The notes under the pieces: generated by a model
The model's input: the letters and a program-made list of their open reading frames with translations, nothing else
Told to the model about the DNA's origin: nothing
The model's database searches: none
Program-made: the position numbers and the translations under genes
Shown: piece by piece, positions 7,843 through 17,548 of the stretch
Numbering within the stretch: position 1 is the stretch's first letter
Layout: each line of letters begins with the position of its first letter
Assembly (NCBI GenBank): GCA_963767925.1
Contig: CAVYGB010000008.1
Location: 1,056,001-1,120,000 of the forward strand
Origin: an uncultured delta proteobacterium
Lineage (GTDB): Bacteria; Myxococcota_A; Polyangia; Fen-1088
Length of the DNA: 64,000 nt
Direction: 5' to 3'

Positions 7843-9600
7843 ATGAAGTTTGTCTGCGAGCGCTGCCACACCAAGTACTCCATCGCGGACGACAAGGTCA
7901 GGCAGAAGATCCTGAAGATTCGCTGCAAGACCTGCGAAAACGTGATCACGATCCGCGACGCGGTGGTGGTCAACGAGGCGCGGGCGATGAGCGAACCTCG
8001 GGGGGTGCGTGCGGTTCCACCACCGCCGCCGCGAGGCCCACGTGTGATCGAATGGCACGTGGCCATCGAAGGCCGGCAGGAGGGTCCGCTGCCCATGGCG
8101 GCGCTCGTCTCGCGCATCTCCGGCGCCCCCAAGGGCAGCGAGATCTACGTCTGGAACGAAGGCCTCGACGGCTGGAAAGATCCCAAGACGGTCCCCGAGA
8201 TCGCGACCGAGCTGCGGGGGCGGACGGTTCCGCCGCCCATCCCACCGCCGCTTCCTCCTGGCGGACCCAAGCGGCTGCCGAGCCCCCCCGGGGGCAGGCC
8301 GGCGGTCTCCGCGGTCGGTCTTCTTACCCGACGATCGGGCGCCCACGGCAGCGTGGACGGGGGCAAGTCGATGTCGGGCGGTGGCCCGGCCGCGAGCGTG
8401 GCCACCGCGGCCGCGCCCGCGCCACATCACGAGGGCGGATTCGCAATCGGGGGAGAGGGCGACGGCGAACGGACCCAGATCCAGGCTCCCGACGCGCAGC
8501 TCTTGCTGGCCAACGACCTCGGCGGCCACACCGCGCCGGGGCCCGCGTCGGCCTTCGCTCCCCGGTCGACCGATCTCGGGCCCGACATCCAGCCTGGCCG
8601 GTCCGGCTCGTTCCCCAAATCCATCGGATCGACCAACGGATCGTCGGTGCCGGGAGGCTCGTCGAGCGGTCTCGAGGCGCTCGACTTCGTCCCCGCCTCG
8701 CCCCCCGCCGCCGGACCTCCCCCGCCCTCCGGCCTGGGCATGCACCCCATGGGTCCGCCGATCGGGGCGGTGTCCTCACCGATCATGGGCGCCTCGACCT
8801 CCACCATGCTGGCGCAGGTGGGGGGCCTGGGGGCCCGGACACGACACCCGGCCTTCAAGTTCGTCGTGACGGGCGGCCTGCTGCTGGGCCTCGTGATCGT
8901 GGTGGCCGTGCTGGCCCTGAGCGATCGCGACCGGCCGGCCGGTGTGGGTAAGCCCGCCCTGGCCGAGGCCAACCCGCCCGCACCGGCCCCCGAGGCCGAG
9001 GCGCGCGCCCGCGCCGAGGCGGAGAAATACTTCAAGAGCATGGTCGGCGAGAAGCCGGCGCCGCCCGCGCCCGCCAATCCGGTGGCCGCCCGCTCGGTCG
9101 GTCCACCCCCCCGCCGGGCGGTGGCTCGCCCGCGGAACAGCCAGGACAGCTCCCTGGCGCCGCCTCCCCTGGCCCCACCGCCGATCGGCGCCGGGGGCCA
9201 GCCGGCGGGCGCCGACAGCTCCGGGGTGGCCCGGCGCTTCGACCAGGACGAGCGCAAGGTCTCGGCCCCCAGCAAGGACCGGGCCGGTCGCCGCGGCGAC
9301 GCCACCTTCGATCATCAGAAGTTCATGGGTGTGTTCAAGCAGCAGGACCACCACACCGCCATCAAGAGCTGTTACGAGCGGGCGCTCAAGCGCGACGAGA
9401 GGCTCAAGCTGGCCCGCCTGGACATCTCCGTGAACGTCGGCGAGACCGGCTCGGTCAAGCGGGTCCGGGTCGACGCCCCGCCCGAGTTCAACGGCGTCTC
9501 GAACTGCATCCGCGAGGCGGTTCGCCGCTGGCGCTTCCCGGCCAACTCCGAGGAGTACGAAGCCAGCTTCCCGCTCATCCTGCACGGCAACGCCGACTGA
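7843..9600 (+). CDS. GltJ/AgmX-like protein: zinc ribbon + GYF_2 + Pro-rich linker + TM + TonB-C-like (AgmX/PglI) C-terminus
   Basis: CERC...IRCKTC ribbon; WHVAIEGRQEGP..YVWNEGLDGWK; single TM; IKSCYERALK...CIREAVRRWRFP. Confidence 0.8.
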   Translation: MKFVCERCHTKYSIADDKVRQKILKIRCKTCENVITIRDAVVVNEARAMSEPRGVRAVPPPPPRGPRVIEWHVAIEGRQEGPLPMAALVSRISGAPKGSEIYVWNEGLDGWKDPKTVPEIATELRGRTVPPPIPPPLPPGGPKRLPSPPGGRPAVSAVGLLTRRSGAHGSVDGGKSMSGGGPAASVATAAAPAPHHEGGFAIGGEGDGERTQIQAPDAQLLLANDLGGHTAPGPASAFAPRSTDLGPDIQPGRSGSFPKSIGSTNGSSVPGGSSSGLEALDFVPASPPAAGPPPPSGLGMHPMGPPIGAVSSPIMGASTSTMLAQVGGLGARTRHPAFKFVVTGGLLLGLVIVVAVLALSDRDRPAGVGKPALAEANPPAPAPEAEARARAEAEKYFKSMVGEKPAPPAPANPVAARSVGPPPRRAVARPRNSQDSSLAPPPLAPPPIGAGGQPAGADSSGVARRFDQDERKVSAPSKDRAGRRGDATFDHQKFMGVFKQQDHHTAIKSCYERALKRDERLKLARLDISVNVGETGSVKRVRVDAPPEFNGVSNCIREAVRRWRFPANSEEYEASFPLILHGNAD

Positions 9601-9673
9601 TCGCCCCTGGCCCCCGGGGTCGGGAGCGCCGGGAGTGTCATCAGCGCGGGGATCAGGCTAGACTTCGCGCCCC

Positions 9674-12493
9674 ATGTCGTCGCGGTTTGCGCACCCTTAC
9701 GCCGAGTTCCTCGATGCGGTGGAAAAACCCACCCGCTACATCGGGGGCGAATACCAGGAGGCGCGCAAGGATCCCGCCACCATCAAGGCCCGGGTCTGTC
9801 TGGCCTTTCCCGACACCTACGAGATCGGGATGTCCCATCTCGGCACGAAGATCCTCTATTCGGTGCTCAACAAGGTGCCGGAGATCGCCTGCGAGCGCGC
9901 CTTCGCGCCCTGGTTCGACATGGAGGCGGAGCTGCGCCGCCGGGGCCTGCCCGTCCTCACCCTGGAGAGCGCCTCACCGCTGGCCAGCTTCGACGTCGTC
10001 GGCTTCTCGCTGCAATACGAGCTGACCTATACCAACGTCCTCGCCCTGCTCGACCTGTCGGGGCTGCCCCTGCGTGCGCTCGACCGGGGGGACGAGGCCC
10101 CGCTCGTCATCGCCGGGGGACCCACCGCCACCCATCCCGAGCCCCTGGCACCTTTCATCGACGCCTTCTTCATCGGGGAGGCCGAAGAGAAGCTGCCGCC
10201 GCTTTGCCTCGAGGCAGCGGAGCTGCGGCGCGCGGGGATCCCTCGGCGCGAGCGCCTGATCCGCCTGGCGGAGAAATACCCCCTCTACGTCCCCGAGCTT
10301 TACCGGCTGCAGGTCGACGGGGACACCGGCTTCCTCGTCGTCGACGAGCCGCTGGATCCCCGGGTGCCCGCCCGTCCCAAGCGGGTGTGGGTCGCCGACA
10401 TCAACCGCTTCCCGTTCCCCGACGACTCGCCCTTGCCCTATTCGGAGGCGATCTTCGATCGCATGGCGGTGGAGATCGCCCGGGGCTGCACCGAAGGCTG
10501 CCGCTTCTGTCAGGCGGGCATGATCTACCGGCCGGTGCGCGAGCGCGATCCGGTGGCGGTGATTGACGCCCTCGTGCAGGGCGTGCGCAAGGGTGGGTAC
10601 GACGAGACCGCCTTGACCTCGCTGTCGACCGCCGACTACTCCTGCGTCACGCCGCTGGTCAAGGCGGCGATGGACAAGCTCCGCGACGAGAAGGTCTCGC
10701 TGTCGGTCTCCTCGCTGCGGGCCTACGGGCTCAACGACGAGCTGCTGGCCGACATGGCGACCATGAAGGCCCAGGGCCTGACCTTCGCGCCCGAGGCGGG
10801 CACCCAGCGCATGCGGGACGTGATCACGAAAAACGTCACCGAGGCGGACATCACCGATTCGGCCCACCGCGTGTTCGGGCGGGGCTTCCAGCGCATGAAG
10901 CTCTACTTCATGATCGGCCTGCCCACCGAGGAGGAGGCCGACGTGCGCGGCATCGTCGAGACCGCCTCCCAGGTCAAGCAGATCGGCCGCTCCTACTTCC
11001 GAGGGGCCGAGGTCACGGCCTCGGTCTCGACCCACGTGCCCAAGCCCCACACCCCCTTCCAGTGGGCGGCCATGGACAGCGAGGCGGACACCACCCGCAA
11101 GCAGGCCCTGCTGGCCGAGGGGGCGCAGCAGCTCCGGGTGGCCCTCAAGATGCACGAGAACTATCAATCCCACATCGAGGGGATCTTCTCCCGGGGGGAT
11201 CGGGCCTGCGCCGACCTGCTCGAGCGCGCCTTCCGCCTGGGCTGCCGGTTCGACGGCTGGGACGAGGGGCTGCGCCCCGACCTCTGGGAGCAGGCCCTGG
11301 GCGAGGAGGCGGCCGCCTCGGGGTTCGAGCCGGGCCGCTACCTGGGCACCATCCCGGTGACCGCCCGCTTGCCCTGGGACCACATCGACATCGGGCTCGA
11401 GCCCGACTTCCTCCTCAAGGAGTACCGCAAGGCCCTCAAGGATCGCCTCTCGCCCCCCTGTGGCAAGCCCTTCAAGCAGCTCCTCCACCCCAACAACGTG
11501 GAGACCGCCGAGAACGAGCGGGCCCGCAAGCTGGTCTGCTACGACTGCGGCGTGGCCTGCGACCTCCAGGCGATGAAGGAGGAGCGGCTGTATTTCCTCC
11601 GGCGCATGAACGCCTGGATGCCGCCGCCCCCGCCGCCCCCCCGGATCCGCAAGATCGCTCCAGGCGACAGCCAGCCCACCCGCAAGTCGTCCCGGCCGCT
11701 GACCGCGATCGTGCAGGACCTCCCACGCCGCTACCGCCTCCGCTACACGAAGCTCGGGCGCATCGCCTACCTGGGGCACCTCGATCTCATCCGCCACCTG
11801 CCCCGGATCTTCCGGCGGGCCGGGGTGGAGCTGTATTACTCCAGCGGGTTTCACCCCAAGCCGGAGCTCAGCTTCGGCCCGGCGCTGGGGCTGGGGATCC
11901 CCTCGCTCGGTGAGCTGCTCGACGTCAAGCTGGCCGAAGACGTCGACGCCGACGGGCTCATCGATCGGCTCAACGCGGTCACCCTCGACGGGATCGACTT
12001 CCTCGGGGCGGTCCGCCTGGGGGAAAGCGACCGGGCCCTGGGTCGGGTGCTGGCGGGCGCCACCTTCGCCGCCCGCCTGCCCGCGCCGACCCGCGCCGCC
12101 GCCCTCGTCGCGCGCTTCCAGTCGGACGAGCCGCTCTCGGTGGTGCGCGCCTCCTCCCGGGTGGGCGGCCGCGGTCAGGCCAGCATCGGCCGGCGGGTCG
12201 ACGTCCGCAAGTCGCTGCGTTCGGTGACCCTCCCGTCGCTCGAGGCCTTGCAGCGGCTCGATCGGGCGCTGGGCTGGCCCGGCGAGCCGACCCTGGTGTT
12301 CGAGCTGGCCATCAGCGGGGAGGGGAGCGCCCGGCCCTACGAGGTCATCGAGGCGCTGGCCGGCGAGGAGGCGGCGGACGGCAGCGCCTTCGCCCGCCTC
12401 TCGCTCACCGCGGGGGTGGCCGGGGAGGTCGAGCAGGATCCCCTCGATCTGCCGGCCCTGCGATCGCCGCCCCCGGCGGCCGTTTCGGTTTGA
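9674..12493 (+). CDS. TIGR03960-type radical SAM protein fused to a TIGR03936/DUF2344 domain
   Basis: EKPTRYIGGE, FPDTYEIGMSHLG, RGCTEGCRFC (CxxxCxxC), APEAG, PKPHTPFQW; C-terminal YTKLG..LGHLD..FHPKP.LSFGPAL.LG. Confidence 0.88.
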   Translation: MSSRFAHPYAEFLDAVEKPTRYIGGEYQEARKDPATIKARVCLAFPDTYEIGMSHLGTKILYSVLNKVPEIACERAFAPWFDMEAELRRRGLPVLTLESASPLASFDVVGFSLQYELTYTNVLALLDLSGLPLRALDRGDEAPLVIAGGPTATHPEPLAPFIDAFFIGEAEEKLPPLCLEAAELRRAGIPRRERLIRLAEKYPLYVPELYRLQVDGDTGFLVVDEPLDPRVPARPKRVWVADINRFPFPDDSPLPYSEAIFDRMAVEIARGCTEGCRFCQAGMIYRPVRERDPVAVIDALVQGVRKGGYDETALTSLSTADYSCVTPLVKAAMDKLRDEKVSLSVSSLRAYGLNDELLADMATMKAQGLTFAPEAGTQRMRDVITKNVTEADITDSAHRVFGRGFQRMKLYFMIGLPTEEEADVRGIVETASQVKQIGRSYFRGAEVTASVSTHVPKPHTPFQWAAMDSEADTTRKQALLAEGAQQLRVALKMHENYQSHIEGIFSRGDRACADLLERAFRLGCRFDGWDEGLRPDLWEQALGEEAAASGFEPGRYLGTIPVTARLPWDHIDIGLEPDFLLKEYRKALKDRLSPPCGKPFKQLLHPNNVETAENERARKLVCYDCGVACDLQAMKEERLYFLRRMNAWMPPPPPPPRIRKIAPGDSQPTRKSSRPLTAIVQDLPRRYRLRYTKLGRIAYLGHLDLIRHLPRIFRRAGVELYYSSGFHPKPELSFGPALGLGIPSLGELLDVKLAEDVDADGLIDRLNAVTLDGIDFLGAVRLGESDRALGRVLAGATFAARLPAPTRAAALVARFQSDEPLSVVRASSRVGGRGQASIGRRVDVRKSLRSVTLPSLEALQRLDRALGWPGEPTLVFELAISGEGSARPYEVIEALAGEEAADGSAFARLSLTAGVAGEVEQDPLDLPALRSPPPAAVSV

Positions 12494-13215
12494 TCGAGAC
12501 CTTCGCCCTAGGCAAGCGCTTCGGCGACAAGGTCGCCCTCGACGATCTCTCGATCCGGGTAGAACCCGGCGAGGTGCTGGGGTTCCTCGGCCCCAACGGC
12601 TCGGGCAAGACCACCACCATCCGGCTGCTCATGGGCCTTTACCGGCCCTCGTCGGGCCGGGCCACCATCCGGGGCCTCGATTGCCACCGCGACGCCGTCG
12701 CCCTGAAGCGCGAGGTCGGCTATCTGCCCGACGAGCCGTTCCTGTACCCTTATCTCACCGGCCTCGAGCTGCTCGAGCTGGTGGCCGGCCTGCACGGCCA
12801 CCGCGGCGGCGCGGCCAGGCAGCGGGCGGGGGCGGCCATCGAGCGGTTCGGCCTGGGGCCCGAGGCCAACGCCTTCACCGCGACCTATTCGCTGGGGATG
12901 CGCAAGCGTCTGGCCCTGGCCGCCGCTCTGCTGCACGAGCCGCGGGTGCTGATCCTCGACGAGCCGCAGAGCGGGCTCGATCCGCGCGGCGCGCGCGACA
13001 TGCGGGAGACCGTCGCCCAGCTGGCCCGGGAGGGCCGGACCGTGTTCCTGGCGACCCACCTGCTCGACGTCGCCGAGCGCCTGTGCCACCGCCTGGCCAT
13101 CGTGGAGGGCGGTCGGCTGCGCGCTCTGGGCACCCCGGCCGAGCTGCGGGCCAGGCTGGCCGCCGACGCCGACCTCTCGCTCGAGGAGGTGTTCCTGCGG
13201 GTGACCGAGCCGTGA
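12490..13215 (+). CDS. ABC transporter ATP-binding protein (ABC-2 exporter type)
   Basis: Walker A GPNGSGKT, signature YSLGM, Walker B LILDEP, TH switch; TTGA overlap with the radical SAM gene. Confidence 0.93.
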   Translation: MIETFALGKRFGDKVALDDLSIRVEPGEVLGFLGPNGSGKTTTIRLLMGLYRPSSGRATIRGLDCHRDAVALKREVGYLPDEPFLYPYLTGLELLELVAGLHGHRGGAARQRAGAAIERFGLGPEANAFTATYSLGMRKRLALAAALLHEPRVLILDEPQSGLDPRGARDMRETVAQLAREGRTVFLATHLLDVAERLCHRLAIVEGGRLRALGTPAELRARLAADADLSLEEVFLRVTEP

Positions 13216-15338
13216 CCGGCGGCGCGGCCTCCGGAGGTCTGTCTCCGCTGGGGCTGTGCCGGCTGCTGATCGGCCTGCGGCTGCGGCTGCTGCGCAACCG
13301 GCTGGCCGGAGGACCCCAGGTCGCCACCGCGCGCCTGGCGGCCCTGGTCGGCTTGCTGGTCCCCCTGGCTTACCTGGGGCTGTTCGCCACCGCCTTCGAG
13401 GTGCTGGGGCTGACCGGCGGCGTGGCGGTGCAGGGGCGGGCGGTCGCGCTCGTGGCCACCGCCATCGCGCTGTCGAGCTGCGCCCTCAAGATCGCCGGGC
13501 GCGAGGCCGTCACCGGGATGGGCGGCGAGAGCGCGTTCCTGCTGACCCGCCCGGTCTCCCTGTCGTCCCTGGTCCTGGCCCGCGGGCTGGCCGGCGTGGC
13601 CACCGACCTCTACGACGCCTTCTTCCTGGTGCCGATCCTCGCCGCCGCGGCCGTCGCCTGGAACCTCGGCCTCGCCGGGTTCTTGCTGGCGGCGGTCGCC
13701 TCGGTGTTCGTGCAGATGGCGGTGACGGCGGTGGCCCTGGCCGCCCAGATCCTCGTCGTCCGCCTCGTCCCGCCTGGCCGCCGCCGGCTGCTCTGGACGG
13801 CCGGCGCGCTCACCGCGGCCGCGGCGATGGCCGGGGTGTGGATGGGCGGCAGCGCGGTCCTGCGGGCGCCGGCCGCGCCCGCGCAGCTCCTCGCCGAGCA
13901 GGCCTGGATCGGGCGCCTCCCGGGTGGCCTCATCGCGGCGCCCCTGGTGGCGTTGCGAGAGGGCGCTCCGCTGCGCGCGGCGGGGGCGTTGCTGGTGCTC
14001 GCGGCCGGCAGCGCGGCCGCCCTGGCCCTCTCCTGGACGCTGGCCCGCCTCTGCGCCCGCGGGGGCTGGGAGCAGGCCGACGCGCCCTGGGTGGGCGGGG
14101 CCCGGCCGGCGGGATCCGGGGCGCGCTTGACCCTGTTCGGGAAGGACTGGCGGCTGTTCCGGCGGGACCCGGTCCGCCTGGCCGCCTTCCTCGCCATGCC
14201 CCTGCTGTTCGTGGGCATGCAGGTGTTCGGCAGCGCGGGCTGGAGCTGGTTGCGGGGGGACGCCACCCGGGTCGCCCTGCTGGCCTATTCCCTGGCCGCT
14301 TACGCCGCCACCTTCGGACCGCTGCAGCACATGGCGGCGGAGGGGCGGGCCTTCTGGATCCTGCGCACGGTCCCGGTTCCGCTCGGGCGGCTGCTCGCCG
14401 GGAAGGCGGCCTTCCAGACCAGCCTGGTGGCCGGGATGGCCGCCGCCGTCTACCTCCTGCTGGCGCTGCTCGCGGGTGTGCCGGCGGGCGCGGCGGCCGT
14501 GGGGCTGGGCCTGCTCGTCGTCGCGGGCGCCGCTGTGGTCTCCTGGCTGGCGGTGGGCCTGGCCGCCGAGGTGGCCGACCTGTCGGACGAGCGCCGGCCC
14601 GGCGTGGGCATAGGCACCACCTATCTGTTCCTGCTCGTGGCGGGGCTGTTCAACGTCGCGCTCCTGCAGCCGAGCCCCGATCGGCTGCGCGCCCTGCTGC
14701 TCTACCTGATCGCCGCCGGGACAGCCTGGACCGCCGGGGTCGAGCGCGCCGCCCTGGCCTTCGACGCCGAGGCCACCCGACGGCGCGTCTTGTCCCCGAC
14801 CGTGGGGGCGCTGGCCGCGGTCTCTCTCTTCCTCGGCGAGCGGGCCACGACCTCCCTGACCGCGACCCTGGGCGGTGCGGAGGTGGCCTGGGCGCAGCTC
14901 GCCTGGATGGTGCTGGTGGGCCTCGCCGCCCTGGCCCATCGGAGGCGCAGCCCGCCGTCCGTGCCACCCCGGGGTGGCGCACTCCGGGCCGGCGTCCTGG
15001 CCCTGGGGGTGGGGCTGCTCGGGGCGCTGGCGGTCCAGCTCTCAGGGCTCGTCCGCCCGGTCGACCTGCCGCTCGCCGCGCTGCTGACACGAGCCCTGGC
15101 GCAGGAGGTGGTCGTCCGGGGGGTGTTCCAGGCCGGTCTGGCCCGCCCCCAGGACGGGGGCTCGCGGCGGGTCGCCGTGGCCGCGGTCTCGGCGCTGGTG
15201 GCCTGGTCGGCCGGCGCCGGCCCGACTTGCATCGCCGCCGTCGCGCCGGCGGCGGTCGCGGCCTTGACCGGCCGGCTGTGGCCCGCGCTCGTGACCCGCG
15301 CGCTCCTGGAGATCCTGTCCGTCGCGCGCCTGGCTTGA
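13212..15338 (+). CDS. Polytopic ABC exporter permease with a degenerate CPBP/Abi-like C-terminus
   Basis: GTGA overlap start; many TM helices; KDWRLFRRD and EGRAFWILRTVPV..LLAGK permease motifs; C-terminal AQEVVVRGVFQ. Confidence 0.72.
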   Translation: MTGGAASGGLSPLGLCRLLIGLRLRLLRNRLAGGPQVATARLAALVGLLVPLAYLGLFATAFEVLGLTGGVAVQGRAVALVATAIALSSCALKIAGREAVTGMGGESAFLLTRPVSLSSLVLARGLAGVATDLYDAFFLVPILAAAAVAWNLGLAGFLLAAVASVFVQMAVTAVALAAQILVVRLVPPGRRRLLWTAGALTAAAAMAGVWMGGSAVLRAPAAPAQLLAEQAWIGRLPGGLIAAPLVALREGAPLRAAGALLVLAAGSAAALALSWTLARLCARGGWEQADAPWVGGARPAGSGARLTLFGKDWRLFRRDPVRLAAFLAMPLLFVGMQVFGSAGWSWLRGDATRVALLAYSLAAYAATFGPLQHMAAEGRAFWILRTVPVPLGRLLAGKAAFQTSLVAGMAAAVYLLLALLAGVPAGAAAVGLGLLVVAGAAVVSWLAVGLAAEVADLSDERRPGVGIGTTYLFLLVAGLFNVALLQPSPDRLRALLLYLIAAGTAWTAGVERAALAFDAEATRRRVLSPTVGALAAVSLFLGERATTSLTATLGGAEVAWAQLAWMVLVGLAALAHRRRSPPSVPPRGGALRAGVLALGVGLLGALAVQLSGLVRPVDLPLAALLTRALAQEVVVRGVFQAGLARPQDGGSRRVAVAAVSALVAWSAGAGPTCIAAVAPAAVAALTGRLWPALVTRALLEILSVARLA

Positions 15339-15440
15339 TAGCGTGGGCGCTACTTGACGCAGGACAATTACCTGAATCGGCGAACCCTGCCAGGGCCACT
15401 GTCAGGGGTGGATCGTCGCCGGTCCAGCGGTCGCGCTGCG

Positions 15441-17546
15441 ATGAGATGCGCCAGGAGCAGCACCTGGCACCTGGCTCGCGGGCTGACCTTGCTCGGGCTC
15501 CTGGCCTCCTGCGAGGCGCCGCCGGACGGCGGAGGGCCAATCTTTCCGGGCGACGCGGGTAGCCGCGCCCGCCGCCCGGACGGGCCGGTGGGGCGCGAAT
15601 TCGACGCCGGCCGCCTCGACGGCCCCGACCCCACGCGCCTCGACGCGCCGCCGGTCGCTGCGGACGCGCCGCCGCTCGACGCCAATCTCGCGGGGCCTCG
15701 GATGCCACCGCCGGCAGCTTGCCGCCCGGGCGAGCCCGTGCTCGTGGTGGCCGACCGCGAGGTGGCGATCGGCAAGACCGCGGGGGCGGCGCTCCTGGGC
15801 TGCGCGGGACCGCTGCTCGAGGTCTCCTGGACCCAGACCGGCGGTTCCCCGGTGACCCTCCTCGCCGCCCGGACACAGGCGATCAGCTTCGATCCGCCCG
15901 ACCCGGGCGGCTACCGGTTCACCGTCTCCTACCGCACGGCGGACGGGGCCACCGGCAGCCGGACCGCGACCGTCGGCGCCTCGGCGAACCCCTCGAGCAG
16001 CCGCCTCACCGTCCGCAGCGACCAAGCCGTGCGAAAGCGGGGCAATGCCTCGGTCCGCGCCTGGCCGACCCTGGCGGTCGGAGAGGTGATGGCCGGCCTC
16101 ACCTGGCAGCAGCTCGAGGGCCCCGCCGTCAAGCTCGACCTGGCCGACCCCCGCCGGATCGTCTTCGCCGCCCCCGAGGTCGACCGCGACACCCTCCTGC
16201 GGTTTCGGGCCACCGTGCGCACGACCGGCGGGGCCAGCGACAGCGACGACGTGCTCGTCGTGATCGAGGACGCGCCGCAGGCCGCCGACGACGGATTTTT
16301 CGCCCGCATCCACGTGTCGCGGGTCCACCCCTTCCGGCCCGCGGGCCGATACGCCGACCGGCTGACCACCTGCGTGTTCGACGCCCGGCTCGATCCGAGC
16401 AACGGCTGCTCGCTGCAGCGCCTGCCTCTCATCTCCCAGGAGGCCCCGGGCAATCAGCCACCCAGCGTCGACGACATCCTGGCCCGGGTGCTCGTCTCCC
16501 ACGACTTCCTCGGCGCGAGCTTCGAGCAGTTCCTGCGCACCCAGGACCCCGAAGGAGACTTTCGCCGCATGCTGGGGGCGGTCACCGCGGTCGTCATCGG
16601 GGCCCACGTGCGGCCGCCGATCTACTACGGCGCCACCGGGGCCATCTACCTCGACGCCACCGACCTGTGGCTGACCGCCGACCAGCGGGACCTGATCGAC
16701 GAGGCGCCCGATTACCGCCTGGGCTTCGGCGACGGCCTCACGTTCTCCGGGCTGACGCGCTGGACGGTGGCGAACGACTTCGCCTGGCCCTTTTACCGCC
16801 GGGACACCCGGGCCAGCCGGAGCGTCGCCGCGCTGACCAACGAGTTCGGCCGCGTCCTCTACCACGAGCTGACCCACGCCGCCGACTTCTTCCCGCCCGC
16901 GCTCCACGGCTCGCTCGACACGAGCAAGACGCCCAACGACCTGTACCTGCCCCGCTTCCGCGCCGGGCAGCTCCCGTCCTCCCTCCTGGCGAACCGGATA
17001 CCCCTGCAGTCGGCCGAGATGAAGGCGCTCGGCCAGGTGCTGTTTGCCGGCGCGATGGCCAGCGACAGCCAGAAGGGGTTCCCGCCCGCCCAGGTGGCGG
17101 ACTTCTTCCGCAGCGACCAGGCCAACGACACCTACAGCTACGCGACCTCCCGGGAGGACCTCGCGATGCTGGTCGAGGAGTTCATGATGGCGCACCGGCG
17201 CGAGGTCCGCCGCGACGTGGCCATCACGAACAAGTACCGGACCGGGATCCCCAGCGACCAGCTCATCGTGGCCTGGGGGCAACGTGGTCGCATCGGGGAG
17301 GCGGCGATAAAGGCCCGGGTTCGGTTCGCTCTGGGACAGATCCTGCCCTGGGTCGACCCGGTCCAGGTCGACCGCCTGCCGCCGCCGCTCGCGATGCCGG
17401 CCGGGAGTAGCTGGTACGCCACCGTCCGGCTGCCGGTAGCGCCCCCGCCCGGGACCGCGTTCCGGCTCGGTCCCGGCGACGAGGAGCGGGCCCTGCTGGA
17501 GCAGGAGCTGGCCCGGCAGGCCCGGCACCGGGCCGCGCTCCCCTGA
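15441..17546 (+). CDS. Lipoprotein with Ig/PKD-like repeats and a zincin-like HExxH domain
   Basis: Lipobox LLASC; SWTQTGG and TWQQLEGP Ig-like repeats; YHELTH with a downstream YATSREDLA. Start chosen at ATG 15441. Confidence 0.7.
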   Translation: MRCARSSTWHLARGLTLLGLLASCEAPPDGGGPIFPGDAGSRARRPDGPVGREFDAGRLDGPDPTRLDAPPVAADAPPLDANLAGPRMPPPAACRPGEPVLVVADREVAIGKTAGAALLGCAGPLLEVSWTQTGGSPVTLLAARTQAISFDPPDPGGYRFTVSYRTADGATGSRTATVGASANPSSSRLTVRSDQAVRKRGNASVRAWPTLAVGEVMAGLTWQQLEGPAVKLDLADPRRIVFAAPEVDRDTLLRFRATVRTTGGASDSDDVLVVIEDAPQAADDGFFARIHVSRVHPFRPAGRYADRLTTCVFDARLDPSNGCSLQRLPLISQEAPGNQPPSVDDILARVLVSHDFLGASFEQFLRTQDPEGDFRRMLGAVTAVVIGAHVRPPIYYGATGAIYLDATDLWLTADQRDLIDEAPDYRLGFGDGLTFSGLTRWTVANDFAWPFYRRDTRASRSVAALTNEFGRVLYHELTHAADFFPPALHGSLDTSKTPNDLYLPRFRAGQLPSSLLANRIPLQSAEMKALGQVLFAGAMASDSQKGFPPAQVADFFRSDQANDTYSYATSREDLAMLVEEFMMAHRREVRRDVAITNKYRTGIPSDQLIVAWGQRGRIGEAAIKARVRFALGQILPWVDPVQVDRLPPPLAMPAGSSWYATVRLPVAPPPGTAFRLGPGDEERALLEQELARQARHRAALP

Positions 17547-17548
17547 TC

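Noticed and set aside
9674..17546. RiPP biosynthetic cluster (radical SAM + exporter + peptidase)
   Set aside because: The radical SAM is TIGR03960-type without a recognisable SPASM/RRE domain, and no precursor peptide ORF was found.
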